From: an uncultured Chloroflexia bacterium
GTDB taxonomy: Bacteria > Chloroflexota > Limnocylindria > Limnocylindrales > CSP1-4
Direction of reading: 5' to 3'
Length of the DNA stretch: 64,000 nt
Assembly: GCA_963816675.1 (NCBI GenBank)
Contig: CAWFLS010000003.1
Span: 100,815-164,814, forward strand
The notes under the pieces are model-generated. The model did not search any database, was not told the DNA's origin, and saw only the letters and a list, made by a program, of their open reading frames with translations. A program made the translations under genes and the position numbers. Shown here piece after piece: positions 34,869-45,981 of the stretch (position 1 is the first letter of the stretch; every line of letters starts with the position of its first letter).

Positions 34869-36200
34869 TTGCGAGGGGGTATCCCGACGGACAGATCCAG
34901 TTCCACCGCAATCCGCGACCGAGGCGCGCGCGCGCCGCTTCCCGACGAGGTTCTCGACTCGTTCGTCATCGTCCTCGATGAGATCCGCCTCGGGCGATCG
35001 GGATCCCGGTCCGAGCTCGTCGAACGAACGGGTTTGGGCCGTGCGATCGTCGCCCGCCGGGTCGGGGAGCTGATCGATCGCGGACTGATCCGCGAAGGCG
35101 ACACCGGGCCGAGCACGGGTGGCCGGCCGCCCCGCCAGCTCACGTTCCGGGGCGATGCCGGCCACGTCCTCGTCGCCGACCTCGGCGCAACGAGCATCGA
35201 CGTCGCGCTGACGACGCTCGATGGCACGATCCTCGGCCACCACGACGAGCCGTCGCTGATCGAGGCCGGTCCCGAGGCGTGCCTCGAACGCGTCGAGACC
35301 CTGTTCGACCAGCTTCTGCGAACGACGACATCGGGCATCCCGGGCCATCTGTGGGGCGTCGGGATCGGCGTCCCGGGACCGGTCGAGTTCAGGACCGGGC
35401 GGCCCATCTCGCCGCCCATCATGCCGGGCTGGGATGGCTACCCGATCCGCGAGCGCTTCGCTGGACGGTACCGGGCGCCGGTCTGGGTCGACAACGACGT
35501 CAACGCGATGGCCCTCGGCGAGTGGCGATCGGGGGTTGCCGCCGGCCACTCGAACGTCGTCGTCGTCAAGATCGGGACGGGCATCGGGGCGGGGATCATC
35601 TCCGACGGCCGCTTGCACCGCGGCGCACAGGGAAGCGCCGGTGATGTCGGCCACATCCAGATCAGCGACGACCCTGCCGTCGTCTGCCGGTGCGGGAACA
35701 TCGGCTGCATCGAAGCACTCGCCGGCGGTGCGGCGATAGGGCGGGCCGGTCGGGCAGCGGCCGAGGAGGGTCGGAGTCCGCGGTTGCGGACGGCGCTCGA
35801 GCAGCAAGGCGTGGTGACAGCGGAGGACGTCGCCCGCGCAGCGTCCTTCGGCGACGCGGTCGCCGTCGGACTGCTCGATGACGCCGGGCACCGCGTTGGG
35901 TCGATGCTCGCGAGCGTCGTGAACTTCTTCAACCCGTCGCTCATCGTGATCGGTGGCGGCGTCGCGAACAGCCCGGACCATCTCCTTGCAGCTATCCGTG
36001 AGACCGTCTACCGCCGCTCGCTCCCGCTTGCGACCCGCGACCTCCTCGTCCAGCGGTCCTCGCTCGGCGGCCTTGCCGGCGTGATCGGTGCCTCCGCGAT
36101 GGTCGTCGATCAGCTCTTCGCCCGCGACTCGATCGGGCGCTGGATCGAGGCCGGCGAGCCGTCAGGCGATCCCGATGTTGCCCTCGCCCAGATGAGCTAA
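34869..36200 (+). CDS. ROK-family transcriptional regulator (N-terminal winged helix-turn-helix plus ROK sugar-binding domain); intact
   Basis: The helix-turn-helix region reads SELVERTGLGRAIVARRVGELIDRGLIREGD. The ROK domain has VGIGVPGPV, VWVDNDVNAMALGE and the zinc motif GHIQISDDPAVVCRCGNIGCIEA. It is divergent from the long catabolic operon. Confidence 0.85.
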   Translation: MRGGIPTDRSSSTAIRDRGARAPLPDEVLDSFVIVLDEIRLGRSGSRSELVERTGLGRAIVARRVGELIDRGLIREGDTGPSTGGRPPRQLTFRGDAGHVLVADLGATSIDVALTTLDGTILGHHDEPSLIEAGPEACLERVETLFDQLLRTTTSGIPGHLWGVGIGVPGPVEFRTGRPISPPIMPGWDGYPIRERFAGRYRAPVWVDNDVNAMALGEWRSGVAAGHSNVVVVKIGTGIGAGIISDGRLHRGAQGSAGDVGHIQISDDPAVVCRCGNIGCIEALAGGAAIGRAGRAAAEEGRSPRLRTALEQQGVVTAEDVARAASFGDAVAVGLLDDAGHRVGSMLASVVNFFNPSLIVIGGGVANSPDHLLAAIRETVYRRSLPLATRDLLVQRSSLGGLAGVIGASAMVVDQLFARDSIGRWIEAGEPSGDPDVALAQMS

Positions 36201-36211
36201 CGAGGTCCCCC

Positions 36212-37415
36212 TCAGCCGCCGGCGACGACCCGGTCGCTGAAGTCGCCCGTCGCCTCGTCCTTGAGGATCAGCTTGTGGCGGCCGTCGGGCAGGATCTCGC
36301 GCTTGATGACCACCTGGCCGTCGAACCGCTCCGGGTTCGCGGCGATCCGCGGTGTCGTCCCGCACCGCGCCACTCGACGTCGATCGGCTCCCACGCGCCG
36401 CGCTTCGCCGACCGGTAGCAGGCGTCCATGATCGCGTTGACGACGTAGCCGTCGTAGAACGTCTCCTGCGGCGTCCCGCCCGTCTCGATCGCGCGGAACA
36501 TGTCGCTGAACATGTCGACGTAGCCGAGCTCCGAGACCTCGTCACCGACCGGGAACAGCCAGCCGGCCGAGGTCTCGGCCTTCTCGGCGACGTATCCGCC
36601 CTCGCCGCCGGCGGTGAACATCTCGAAGCCCGGTCCGCAGGAAATGGTTGAGCCAGATCGTCCCGTTCGTGCCGGCGACCTCGTCGCGGAGGTCCATCCC
36701 GCCGCGGAACGTCCAGCTCACCTCGAACTGGCCGACCGCGCCCGATTCGAAGCGGATGAGCGCGATGGCGTTGTCCTCGTCGGCGATCGGGTGGACGAGC
36801 GTGTCGGTGTGACAGAGGACGTCGACCGGCCGGTTTCCCTTGCCGACGAAGTTCCGGATGATCTCGATGCAGTGGCAGCCGAGGTCGATGATCGCGCCGC
36901 CGCCGGTCAGCCGGCCGTCCCAGAACCAGGCGCTGTGCGGCCCGGGATGCGTCTCGCGAGAGCGGACCCACGTGACGTCGCCGACCGCGCCGCCACGAAC
37001 CGACGCGATCGCCTTGAGCGTCTTCGGCGTGTAGCACAGGTCCTCGAGATAGCCGCGCGAACACTCCCGCGTCCTCGACCATCGCCAGCATCCGCCGGGC
37101 TTCCTCGGCCGTTCGCCCGAGCGGCTTCGTGCAGAGGACGGGCTTGCCGGCCTCGGCCGCCAGACCGACGGCTTCCTCGTGCAGGAAGTTCGGCAGCCCG
37201 ATGACGACGATGTCCGTGTCGGGATGCTCGATGGCGGCGGCGAGGTCGGTCGTCGATTCCTCGATGTCCCACCGATCGCGGAACGCCGATCCGCGCGCCT
37301 CGCTGCGGGAGTAGACGACCCGGACGCGGTCGCGACTGCGCTGGCCGTGCAGCGTCATCGTGTAGAAGTCGCCGATCAGGCCGGTGCCGAGCATCGTGAT
37401 CCGGTGGCCGTCCAT
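36212..37415 (-). CDS. Gfo/Idh/MocA-family oxidoreductase with a C-terminal extension, with frameshifts
   Basis: The N-terminus reads [45 protein letters not shown]...[35 protein letters not shown]. The C-terminal parts are in ORFs 36268-36621 and 36212-36394. Confidence 0.7.
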
Positions 37416-37439
37416 GCGTGTCTCCTCGGGTGTTGGTGG

Positions 37440-38492
37440 CTACCGTGCGTCGGCGCGCGCGACCGAGGACGAGGTCGCGACCGGCGACGAGCGATCGAAG
37501 CTTGGCCCGGGTCGCCGCGCGGGGCGTCTGGCTGAAGCCGCAGTCGGGGACGAGACCGAGGCGCTCGGCCGGTGACGCCGGCCGCCAGCACCTGGTCGAT
37601 CCGTCTCCGCGACGTCGTCTGGCGTCTCGAGATACGAGTTCTTGACGTCGATGACACCGACCGCGACGTCGCGACCGGCCGCGGCGATCTCGGCGAGGAT
37701 GCTCGACCTCGGCCATCTCGCGGTTGGCGAACTCGAGGACGAGCTCGTCGACGCGGAAGCCGAGCATCGCCTCGAGGACGGGCCGGTACGTCCGGCGGGC
37801 GAGCGGGCGGCCCAGGTAGTTCCCGAAGCACAGGTGCGCGCCGATCCGGACGCGTCCGACGACGGGCTCGACGACGGCGTTGAACAGCGCCGAGAAGTCC
37901 GAGCCGGCGCGTCGGGATGGATCGCCGGCGACGGGTCGTCGATCTGGATCCAGCCGGCCCCTGCGTCGGCGAGCGCCGCGAGCTCGGCGCGCAGGATCGG
38001 CACGAACGCCGCTGCGGCGGCATTCCGGTCGGGGTAGACCTCGCCGGGTCCCGTCCGGAGTCGGCCGGACAGCGTGTACGGACCGGGCAGCGTCACCTTC
38101 AACGGCCGGTTCGCCCGCGTGACGGCATAGCGGTACTCGCCGATGACGCCGAGACCCTCCGGCGCGGCGATCGGCTTCGAGGACCTCGAACCGGTGCTGC
38201 TGATCGTGGGCACCGGCGCCGAGCCGCCGGTCCGGCGGAAGCGGCCGAACGCCGGTGAGGTGCTGGTAGAACTCGGCCGTGAAGAAGCCGGTGCGGCGCA
38301 TCTCGCCGTCGCTCACCACGTCGATGCCGGCGTCCTCCTGGTCGCGCAGCGCCACATCGACGGCGTCGTCGAGCATCTCCGCGAGGTCCACCGGTCCGAA
38401 TTCGCCGCGCTCGCGCGGCGTCCAGGCCCGACGACGAGCCAGGACGGACGCGCGTGCGACCCGACGACGCTCGTCCGCAGCGCTTCGGTCAT
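37440..38492 (-). CDS. Cobalamin-independent methionine synthase (MetE) C-terminal-domain family protein of about 350 aa, with frameshifts
   Basis: The N-terminus reads MTEALRTSVVGSHARPSWL. Further blocks read ERGEFGPVDLAEMLDDAVDVALRDQEDAGIDVVSDGEMRRTGFF, VTLPGPYTLSGRL, and GAGWIQIDDPSPAIHPD...VIDVKNSYLETPDDVAE. Confidence 0.65.
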
Positions 38493-39473
38493 CGGGCGTT
38501 TCCTCCATCGATGCGTCGCGAACGCGAAGGCGCGCGCAGGGTTGCGCACGAACAGACGTCTCGACAGGCGGCGTCGAGCCCGCGCTCGTCCATCAATGTG
38601 GTGAACCCGTCGAGCAGCCAGGTCAGTCCAGGGCCGCCGCCGTAGACGCGGTAGTACCCCTGCCGGGCGGCGTCCATCCCGAGCACGACCTGGTCGAGCA
38701 GACCGTCGGCGGCCATCCATTCGAGCAGCTGGAGCGTTCCGTTCGGCTTGTCGCCCCAGCGAAACGAGCCGTCGTATTCGACGAATGCGCCGCTCGCCAG
38801 CACCTCCCGGTGATACGCCCGATCGACGACCTTGTCGACATGGCTCAGCACGATGTGCCGCGGGATCGACCCCGCCGGCGGTCAGGAGGCGCGACCTGCT
38901 CGAGCGCGCCGGTGCCGCCCTCGCAATGGGTCAGGATCGGAGCGCCGGTCCGGGCGTGGGCGATGCCGGCCGCTTCGAACGCCGGCCGGTCGATCTCCGA
39001 TGGGCCGCCGTCGCTGCCGGCGATCTTGATGACGCCGGCCCGATGCTCGGTCCGGCGGACGACGGGACCGGAGTAGTCGAACTCGTCGATCCCGTCGACG
39101 ATGTCGGCCGACGAACAGGTCGGCGAGCGTCATCGACGTCGACGCGGTGCCGCCAGTGGTTCGGCCGGTAGAAACGCTCGTGGTGGAGGCCGGTCGGCGC
39201 GACGATGTTGACGCCGGTCAGCCGGCTCAGCTCGGCGAGCTTGCGGACGTTGCGGCCGGTGTCGCACGGCATCGCGTCGACGGCGGTCCGCAGACCGAGC
39301 GCCGCGGCCGCGCGTCACCTCGGTCGCCATCGTCGGCGACGTCGCTCAGGTCGAAGTCGGGATAGAGCTCGACGGCGCCGACCGCGGTCGATGACGAGAT
39401 GCTCGTGGGCGTACGTGATCCCGAGCTCGCCCGGATCGATGTCACCGAGGACCGTCCTGACGAACGTCACGAG
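38489..39473 (-). CDS. Phosphotriesterase-family (PTE/PHP) metal-dependent hydrolase, with frameshifts
   Basis: The N-terminus begins at a GTG start and reads VTFVRTVLGDIDPGELGITYAHEHLVID, which is the HxH metal motif. The C-terminal ORF 38489-38851 reads HVDKVVDRAYHREVLASGAFVEYDGSFRWGDKPNGTLQLLEWMAADGLLDQVVLGMDAA. Confidence 0.75.
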
Positions 39474-40304
39474 ACGGGTGCCGCCGTCACCGACCAGCCG
39501 CCATCGATCGCCAGGCATTGGCCTGTGACGGCGCGCGACTCCGTCGAGAGGAAGTAGACCGCGGCGGCGGCGACATCGTCCGGGTCCAGGAGGCCGTTCG
39601 GCGAGCGGCTGCTTTCGCCGCGCGAACTCGACTGTCGCGGGATCGGCCGCCGCACGTTGGGCCATCGGCGTGTCGGTCAGACCGGGCGCGAGGACGTTGA
39701 CGCGGATCCCGTCCGGCGCGTACGTCGCAGCCATCGACGTCGCGAGGGCGACGATCGCGCCCTTCGCCGCCGCGTACGCGTGCGTGCCGAACAGTGCCGG
39801 GACCGGGGTTGCCGGCGAGGACGCTCGACGTCAGCAGGATCGAGCCTCGGCCCGCGCGTCGCGCGTCGCCGCCGTCATCCGGACCGGCTGCGCGAGCATC
39901 TGGCGGACGACGGCCCGGCAGGTCATCGCCTGGGTCCGCAGGTTGAGGTCGAGCGTCCGGTCCCAGCCCTCGTCGCGTCACCTCGTGGATCGGCCCGTCG
40001 CCGAACCGCCGTCCGCTGCCGCCGGCGACCGCGAACAGGCCATCGATCCGCCCGAAACGCTCGACCGCAGCGGCCACGGCGGCGTCAACGGCCGTCGAGT
40101 CGGAGAGGTCGGCGACGGCCCAACCGACCCGGCCCGAGCCGCGGCGGCTGCGAGCTCATCGGCGAGCGCGCTGGACGTGCTCCTGAGCGTCCGGGACACG
40201 ATGAAGACGCTCGCGCCCTCGTGCGCGAACCGGCGCGCCGCAGCGGCCGCGATCCCGGTCGAGCCCGTGACGAGACACGTCCGTCCGCGGAGTCGATCGG
40301 TCAC
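39467..40304 (-). CDS. SDR-family short-chain dehydrogenase/reductase, with frameshifts
   Basis: The N-terminus reads MTDRLRGRTCLVTGSTGIAAAAARRFAHEGASVFIVSR (TGxxxGxG). The middle reads VDAAVAAAVERFGRIDGLF. The C-terminus reads YAPDGIRVNVLAPGLTDTPM...LAIDGGWSV. Confidence 0.75.
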
Positions 40305-40364
40305 AGGAGCTCGCCGGTGACGCAGCAGATGATGGGCGGCTGGGCACCGCTCGATCGTACGCGG

Positions 40365-40751
40365 TCAGCCTCTCGCGCTACTTGCGGCCGCGGCCGCTCC
40401 GACTTCGGTGAGCCGGATCGCGACCACCTTTGCCACGAGCCCGGGCGGGATCGGCTTGCCGGCCGGGAACCGGATCGTGCCCTTGCCCGCGACGTACGGG
40501 GCGATCTCGGCTCCAAGCGCCTTCGACGACGTCGTCGCTCGCCGGAAAGAGGCTGTAGTGGCGCTGGTACGCCGCGAACGACACCAGGAAGTCACCACGC
40601 AGCCGTTCGAAATGCCGGCATGTCGTACGCGATCGTCTCGACGGCGTCCGGCGCGGCGGCTCGGATCGTCTGTCGAAGCTCCTCGAGGACCGCGCGCCGG
40701 TCTTCGGGGAAGCCGGCCATGTACTCGTCGACTGTGCGTCGGTTCGGTCAT
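40365..40751 (-). CDS. DUF1801 (YdhG-like) domain protein, with a frameshift
   Basis: The C-terminal block reads ALGAEIAPYVAGKGTIRFPAGKPIPPGLVAKVVAIRL. N-terminal pieces are in another frame (FLVSFAAYQRHYSLFP). Confidence 0.45.
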   Translation of the reverse strand: MTEPTHSRRVHGRLPRRPARGPRGASTDDPSRRAGRRRDDRVRHAGISNGCVVTSWCRSRRTSATTASFRRATTSSKALGAEIAPYVAGKGTIRFPAGKPIPPGLVAKVVAIRLTEVGAAAAASSARG

Positions 40752-41445
40752 GGCATCCGAGTGTACGCGGGACGCGCGGGCACGGCGCCTGCGGCGGAGC
40801 GGTTCTCGGCGATCATGCCGTCATGTTCGGCCGCCGCTTCTCGCCAGACCGCTGGATGTCACACGCCGAGGCCCAAGCGACCGAAGGCGATCCGGCGGGA
40901 TGCGCGTTGCGCGACTGGCGATACGGCGTCCATCCACGCGCCGAGCGGCATGCAGATCCGCTCGATCAGCGCGTGTCGAGCTGCTGACTCGGCGAGGCAC
41001 TCCGCATCGAGATGACCTCGACCCGACGCTCGAGGCGACGACGACGGCCCATCTCCAGTACTACATCGTGACCGACGCGGGCCCGTGGGCGCTGTGGCTG
41101 TCGTGTGACCGCGGACGAGCTCGACGCGCGCGAGAGGCTGCCTTGCACGATCTTCAGCCTCCATTCGACGACGCAGACCTGACCGACACGGCGACGCCTG
41201 CGCGCCGCGCTGATGTCGTCGGCCGCTCAGAAAATCACCGGACTCTGCATTGACGAGCGCCCGTTCGCGCGGTCTATGCTCCACGTATCCCGACCGGCAA
41301 CCGCGCTGCGGCAGCGATTCCGCGCGCACCCATCGCCCGGTCCCCCTTCACCCGCAGGTGAGCTTTCCCATATGCCCGGACCTGGCCCCGACCAGCGCGA
41401 TCAGCGCTCCCGAAACCGACGCCCTCGTCGCCGCAACCCCATGGG

Positions 41446-42777
41446 TGGCGGTGGATGGACGCGCCCCCGTCACTGAATACGACGAGCAGCAGGAGCTCGA
41501 AGCCGCCCGCGAGCGGAACGACCTCGAGGTGTCCGACCTCCGCGAGATGAGCGTGGCCGAGCTGCGCCAGGTCTCGCGCGACCTCGAGCTCGACGCCGTC
41601 ACCGGCGAGCGCAAGGACAACCTCGTCGATCAGATCCTCCGCCGCCAGACCGAACGCGCCGGCCACGACTACGCGACCGGCATCCTCGACATCGTCGACG
41701 AGGGCTTCGGCTTCCTCCGCCGCCACGGTCTGCTGCCGAGCCCCGAGGACGTCTACGTCTCCTCGAGCCAGGTCCGACGGTTCGGGCTGCGCATCGGGGA
41801 CCGCGTCTCGGGTGCCGTCCGCGCCCCGCGCGAGGCCGAGAAGTACTGGGGGATGCTCCGGGTCGACTCGGTCAACGGCGTCGACACCGAGACCGCGCGA
41901 CGCCGCCCGGTGTTCGGCGACCTGACGCCGGTCCACCCGGACGTCCTGATCAATCTCGAGACGGACCCGAAGAACCTGAGCCAGCGGCTGATCAACCTCG
42001 TCAACCCGCTCGGCAAGGGCCAGCGCGCCCTGATCGTCAGCCCGCCGAAAGCCGGCAAGACGATGCTCCTCAAGCAGATCGCGAACGGCGTCAGCGCCAA
42101 CTATCCCGAGATCCTCCTGATGGTCGCGCTCATCGGCGAGCGACCCGAGGAAGTCACGGACATGCGCCGGAGCGTCAAGGGCGAGGTCATCAGCTCGACC
42201 TTCGACGAGCCGACCGAGAACCACACCCACGTCGCCGAGATGGCGCTCGAGATCGCCAAGCGCCAGGTCGAGACCGGACGCGACGTCGTCATCCTGCTCG
42301 ACTCGATCACCCGCCTCGCGCGCGCGTACAACCTGGCGCTGCCGCCGTCGGGCCGGACGCTGTCGGGCGGTCTCGATCCGATCGCCCTCTACCCGCCGAA
42401 GCGGTTCTTCGGTGCCGCCCGAAATATCGAGGAAGGTGGGTCGCTCACGATCATCGGGACGTGCCTCGTCGACACCGGCTCGCGGATGGACGACGTCATC
42501 TACGAGGAGTTCAAGGGCACCGGCAACTCGGAGCTCATCCTCGACCGGAAGCTCGCCGAGAAGCGGATCTTCCCCTCGATCGACGTCCAGCGCTCCGGGC
42601 ACCCGTCGCGAGGAGCTGCTCCTCGAGGAGGGCACGCTCAAGATGGTCTGGACGATGCGCCGGATGCTGTCCGCGGTCGGTGCGAACGAGGGCATCGAGA
42701 TCCTCCTCAACCGGCTCGCGAAGACGCAGTCGAACGCCGAGTTCCTCTCGACCCTGACGAAGAGCCTCGACTCCTAG
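41446..42777 (+). CDS. rho: Transcription termination factor Rho, with a frameshift near 42610; a GTG start is inferred
   Basis: The N-terminal domain reads [34 protein letters not shown]. It is directly followed by the cold-shock domain [14 protein letters not shown]. Walker A reads [22 protein letters not shown]. The C-terminus [21 protein letters not shown]...[10 protein letters not shown] is in the frame of 42412-42777. Confidence 0.85.
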
Positions 42778-43249
42778 GGTCGCGGGCGCGGCCGCCGGTC
42801 GCCGCGCCGCACGGCACGACCGTGCACGTCGAGGCCTCGTCACGTGCGTGTAATGTCACCACGCGGCAGTTGCCGCGTCCGCAAGGCCCGTGGTACGGTC
42901 TGGGCCGATGTCGTAAGCCCGCAGGAGACGGGCGTCGGCCGCGAACGAGACCCCCAGCTCAAACCGCGACCCGAACGGTTCCAGGTCCCACCCTCATCCG
43001 CGCCAATTCCGCGGCCCCGGGACCGTTCAACGCCAGGAGACCGTATTGCTCAATGCGTCGGTCGGCGTCGAGCGCGTCCTCGGACGCCTGCGCCGACCCC
43101 AGGACCTGCCATCGACCCGCTGCCACCTCACTCCCGGACCGGAGTCTCGCCGTCGGCGAGCGCGCACGTCGTGTGTTCCGGACCGCGGTGTCGGCCGCCG
43201 AACTCGTGGCGGCTGGGGACCTGCGACCTGCCCGCGCTCGATCGGTCGG

Positions 43250-44620
43250 GTGGTCGACACGGCGCCTCGCTCAGTCGATCGCCTTGGGCGTGATCGAGTC
43301 GTCGCCATCGCCGTTGGCGCCATCCTGATCGGCGCGTCGGTGGTCAGTGTCCGCCGGCGGGGACGTCGGAGTCGCCGGCGGACCGAGGTCGCGACCGTCA
43401 TGCGGACACAGCGGCCATCGGTGGAACGACCGGCGCCGGGAGTCGCCCCGCGCATCGCCGATCGGCGGCGGCGCGTATCTCGACCGCGCAGGCGAGTCGA
43501 GTGCGGCGGTAACGTCGTCCTCGGCGAGCCAGTGCTCGAACCCACGCCGGTCTTCGTCGGGCTCGGCCGTCGATGTGGCGTCGCCGGCGATCGACCGGCG
43601 GTCAGTCCGACACGGTCGGTGTCGAAGGGCCCGTTCCTCGAGGACGGGACGCTCGTGAAGCCGGTCGCCGTCAACACGACGGTCGCTGACGGGCGCAGTC
43701 TCGTCCGTTCGTACACGGTCAAGGCCGGCGACGACCTGGACGGGGATCGCGCAAGCAGCTCGGCGTCCCGCAGGAGACCGTCTGGTGGGCCAACGATCTC
43801 AAGTCGAAGGATGACATCAAGGCCGGCAAGGTCCTCCGCGATCCCGCCGGCCAACGGCGCTCATCGTGACGGTCGACGGCGACCGACACGCTCGACGACC
43901 TCGCCAGCCGCTACAAGGTCAAGGCCGAGGAGATCCTCGCGACCAACGCGCTCGACGACGCGAACCTCGTCGTCGGTCAGGTCCTGGTCGCTGCCCGGTG
44001 CGGCCGAGCAAGCCCATCCCGACGCCGAAGCCGACCCCTTCGCCGATCCAACCTTGACGGCAGGTCGCCGACACCAAGGTCGCGTACAACGGGCCGGCGG
44101 CCAAGGTCGACAAGGCCGCGAAGGTGCCGGGAAAGGCCGGGAGTGCGCGCGGCTGCTGGTGGCGGTTCGGCGAAGCCGCCGGCGGTCGTACAGCCGGCGG
44201 CGCCTTCGAGTGGCCCGTCGTCGGCGGCAAGAACTACGTCAGCCAGTACTTCCATTACGGCCATTTCGGCATCGACATCGCGGCGATTTCGGTTCGAAGG
44301 TGCGGCTGCCGCGGGTGCCGGGGTCGTCACGTTCGCGGGCTGGAAGAGCAACGGCGGCGGTTATCAGGTCTGGATCGCCCACGGGTCGAACCTGTTCACG
44401 ACCTACAACCACATGTCGGCGATCACCGTCGGCGTCGGGCAGCAGGTCGACGCGGGCCAGCAGGTCGGCGGCTCGGCCAGAGTGGATACGCGACCGGTCC
44501 GCATCTTCACTTCGAGGTGTGGCGCGGGGCGATCTGGGATGGCGGCCAGCGGCTCAATCCGCTGGGGTTCGTCGCACGCAGTAGGAGCGCAACGGTCGCT
44601 CGCCGAGCGGCTGGTCGCTG
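43250..44620 (+). CDS. Membrane-anchored M23-family metallopeptidase with LysM domains, with several frameshifts; the ends are approximate
   Basis: The transmembrane helix reads VVAIAVGAILIGASVV. The LysM motifs read SYTVKAGDDL and TVDGDDTLDDLASRYKVKAEEILATNALDDANLVVGQVLV. The M23 catalytic core reads YFHYGHFGIDIAA...GVVTFAGWKSNGGGYQVWIAHGSNLFTTYNHMSAITVGVGQQVDAGQQVG...GYATGPHLHFEVW. Confidence 0.65.
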
Positions 44621-44679
44621 AGCGGCCGGTCTGCGCGGCCGGTCCGAGCGGCCAAGCTCGCATGCGAGAATGACGCTCG

Positions 44680-45981
44680 ATGTTCCTCGACCGCGTGAAG
44701 ATCTGGGTCCGCGCCGGCGATGGTGGCGACGGGGCCGCGACCTTCCGGCAGGAGGCGCACGTCCCACGCGGCGGACCTGATGGCGGCGATGGCGGGCGCG
44801 GGGGCTCGGTGTATCTCCGTGTCGACGCCGGCCAGACGACGTTGCGCGACTTCGGTCATCGGCATCATTTCCGGGCGACGCCGGGCGGTCGCGGAACGCG
44901 GGCTCGACGCCACGGCGAGCGCCGGGAACGACCTCTACCTTGACGTTCCACCCGGGACGGCGGTCTATGCCGATGAGACCGGGGAGTTGCTGGCCGACCT
45001 CGTCGCCGTCGGCCAAAGTGCGCTCGTCGCGCGGGGTGGTCGCGGCGGCCTTGGCAACACCCATTTCAAGACCGCGACCCACCAGGCTCCGAAGCACGCG
45101 CAGAAGGGCGAGCCAGGCACCGAGCAGTGGCTGCGCCTCGAGCTGCGGCTGATCGCCGACATCGGGCTCGGTCGGGTCTGCCCGAACGCCGGGAAGTCGA
45201 CGATCCTCGCCGCGCTGACGGCCGCCACACCCAAGATCGCCGACTACCCGTTCACGACGCTCGAGCCGAATCTCGGGGTCATGGAGCTTGGCGAGGATGA
45301 CGAGCGCCGACCGACGATCGCCGACGTGCCCAGGTCTGATCGAGGGTGCCAGCAGCGGGGCGGGCCTCGGCCACGCGTTCCTGCGGCACGTCGAACGGAC
45401 GCGCGTCCTCGTCCACGTCGTCGATGGTGCCTCGCGAGACCCCGAGTGGGACCACTCGGTCATCCGTGACGAGCTCCTCGCGCACGACCCTGCCCTGCTC
45501 GAGAAGCCGATGCTCGTGGTCTTCAACAAGCTCGACCTGCCGGCCGCCGCCACTGCCTGGCCCGACTTCCGGCGGGCCCGGCTCGCCGAAGGCATCGATC
45601 CGGTGGCGATCTCCGCGGCGACTGGGGAAGGGCTGGCCGTGCTCCGCGAGCGACTCGGTGCGCTGCTGCCCGATGCCGCTGACTTCGGCGAGCCGCCGGA
45701 ACCGGCCGGCGTCGTCGTCCACCGCATCGAGGCCATGGGCGACGGGTTCAGCATCGAGCCTGAGAGCGATGGCGCGTTTCGCGTTCGGGGCCGGCGGATC
45801 GAGCGGATCGCCGCGCAGACGAACTTCGAGGTCGAGGAGTCGGCCGAGCGCTTCCAGCGCGACCTGTCGCGGCTCGGTATCGACGCCGAGCTGCGACGGG
45901 CCGGGATCTCGACCGGGCGATATCGTCCGGATCGGGTCCACCGAGCTCGAATGGGAGCCGCAGCCCTGGGAGCCGGCGTGA
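44680..45981 (+). CDS. obgE: GTPase Obg/CgtA, with frameshifts
   Basis: The Obg fold reads [46 protein letters not shown]. The G-domain reads [32 protein letters not shown]...VVFNKLDL. The C-terminal TGS-like tail ends WEPQPWEPA*. Confidence 0.85.

Noticed and set aside
40784-41200. Possible small plus-strand gene (MFGRRFSPDRWMSHAEAQATEGD...LQYYIVTDAGPWALWLSC...)
   Set aside because: The translation is coding-like in places but needs a frameshift. No family was recognised. It may be a leader or regulatory region upstream of rho, so it is not reported as a feature.
41274-42710. ORF of 478 aa on the minus strand
   Set aside because: It is antisense to rho.
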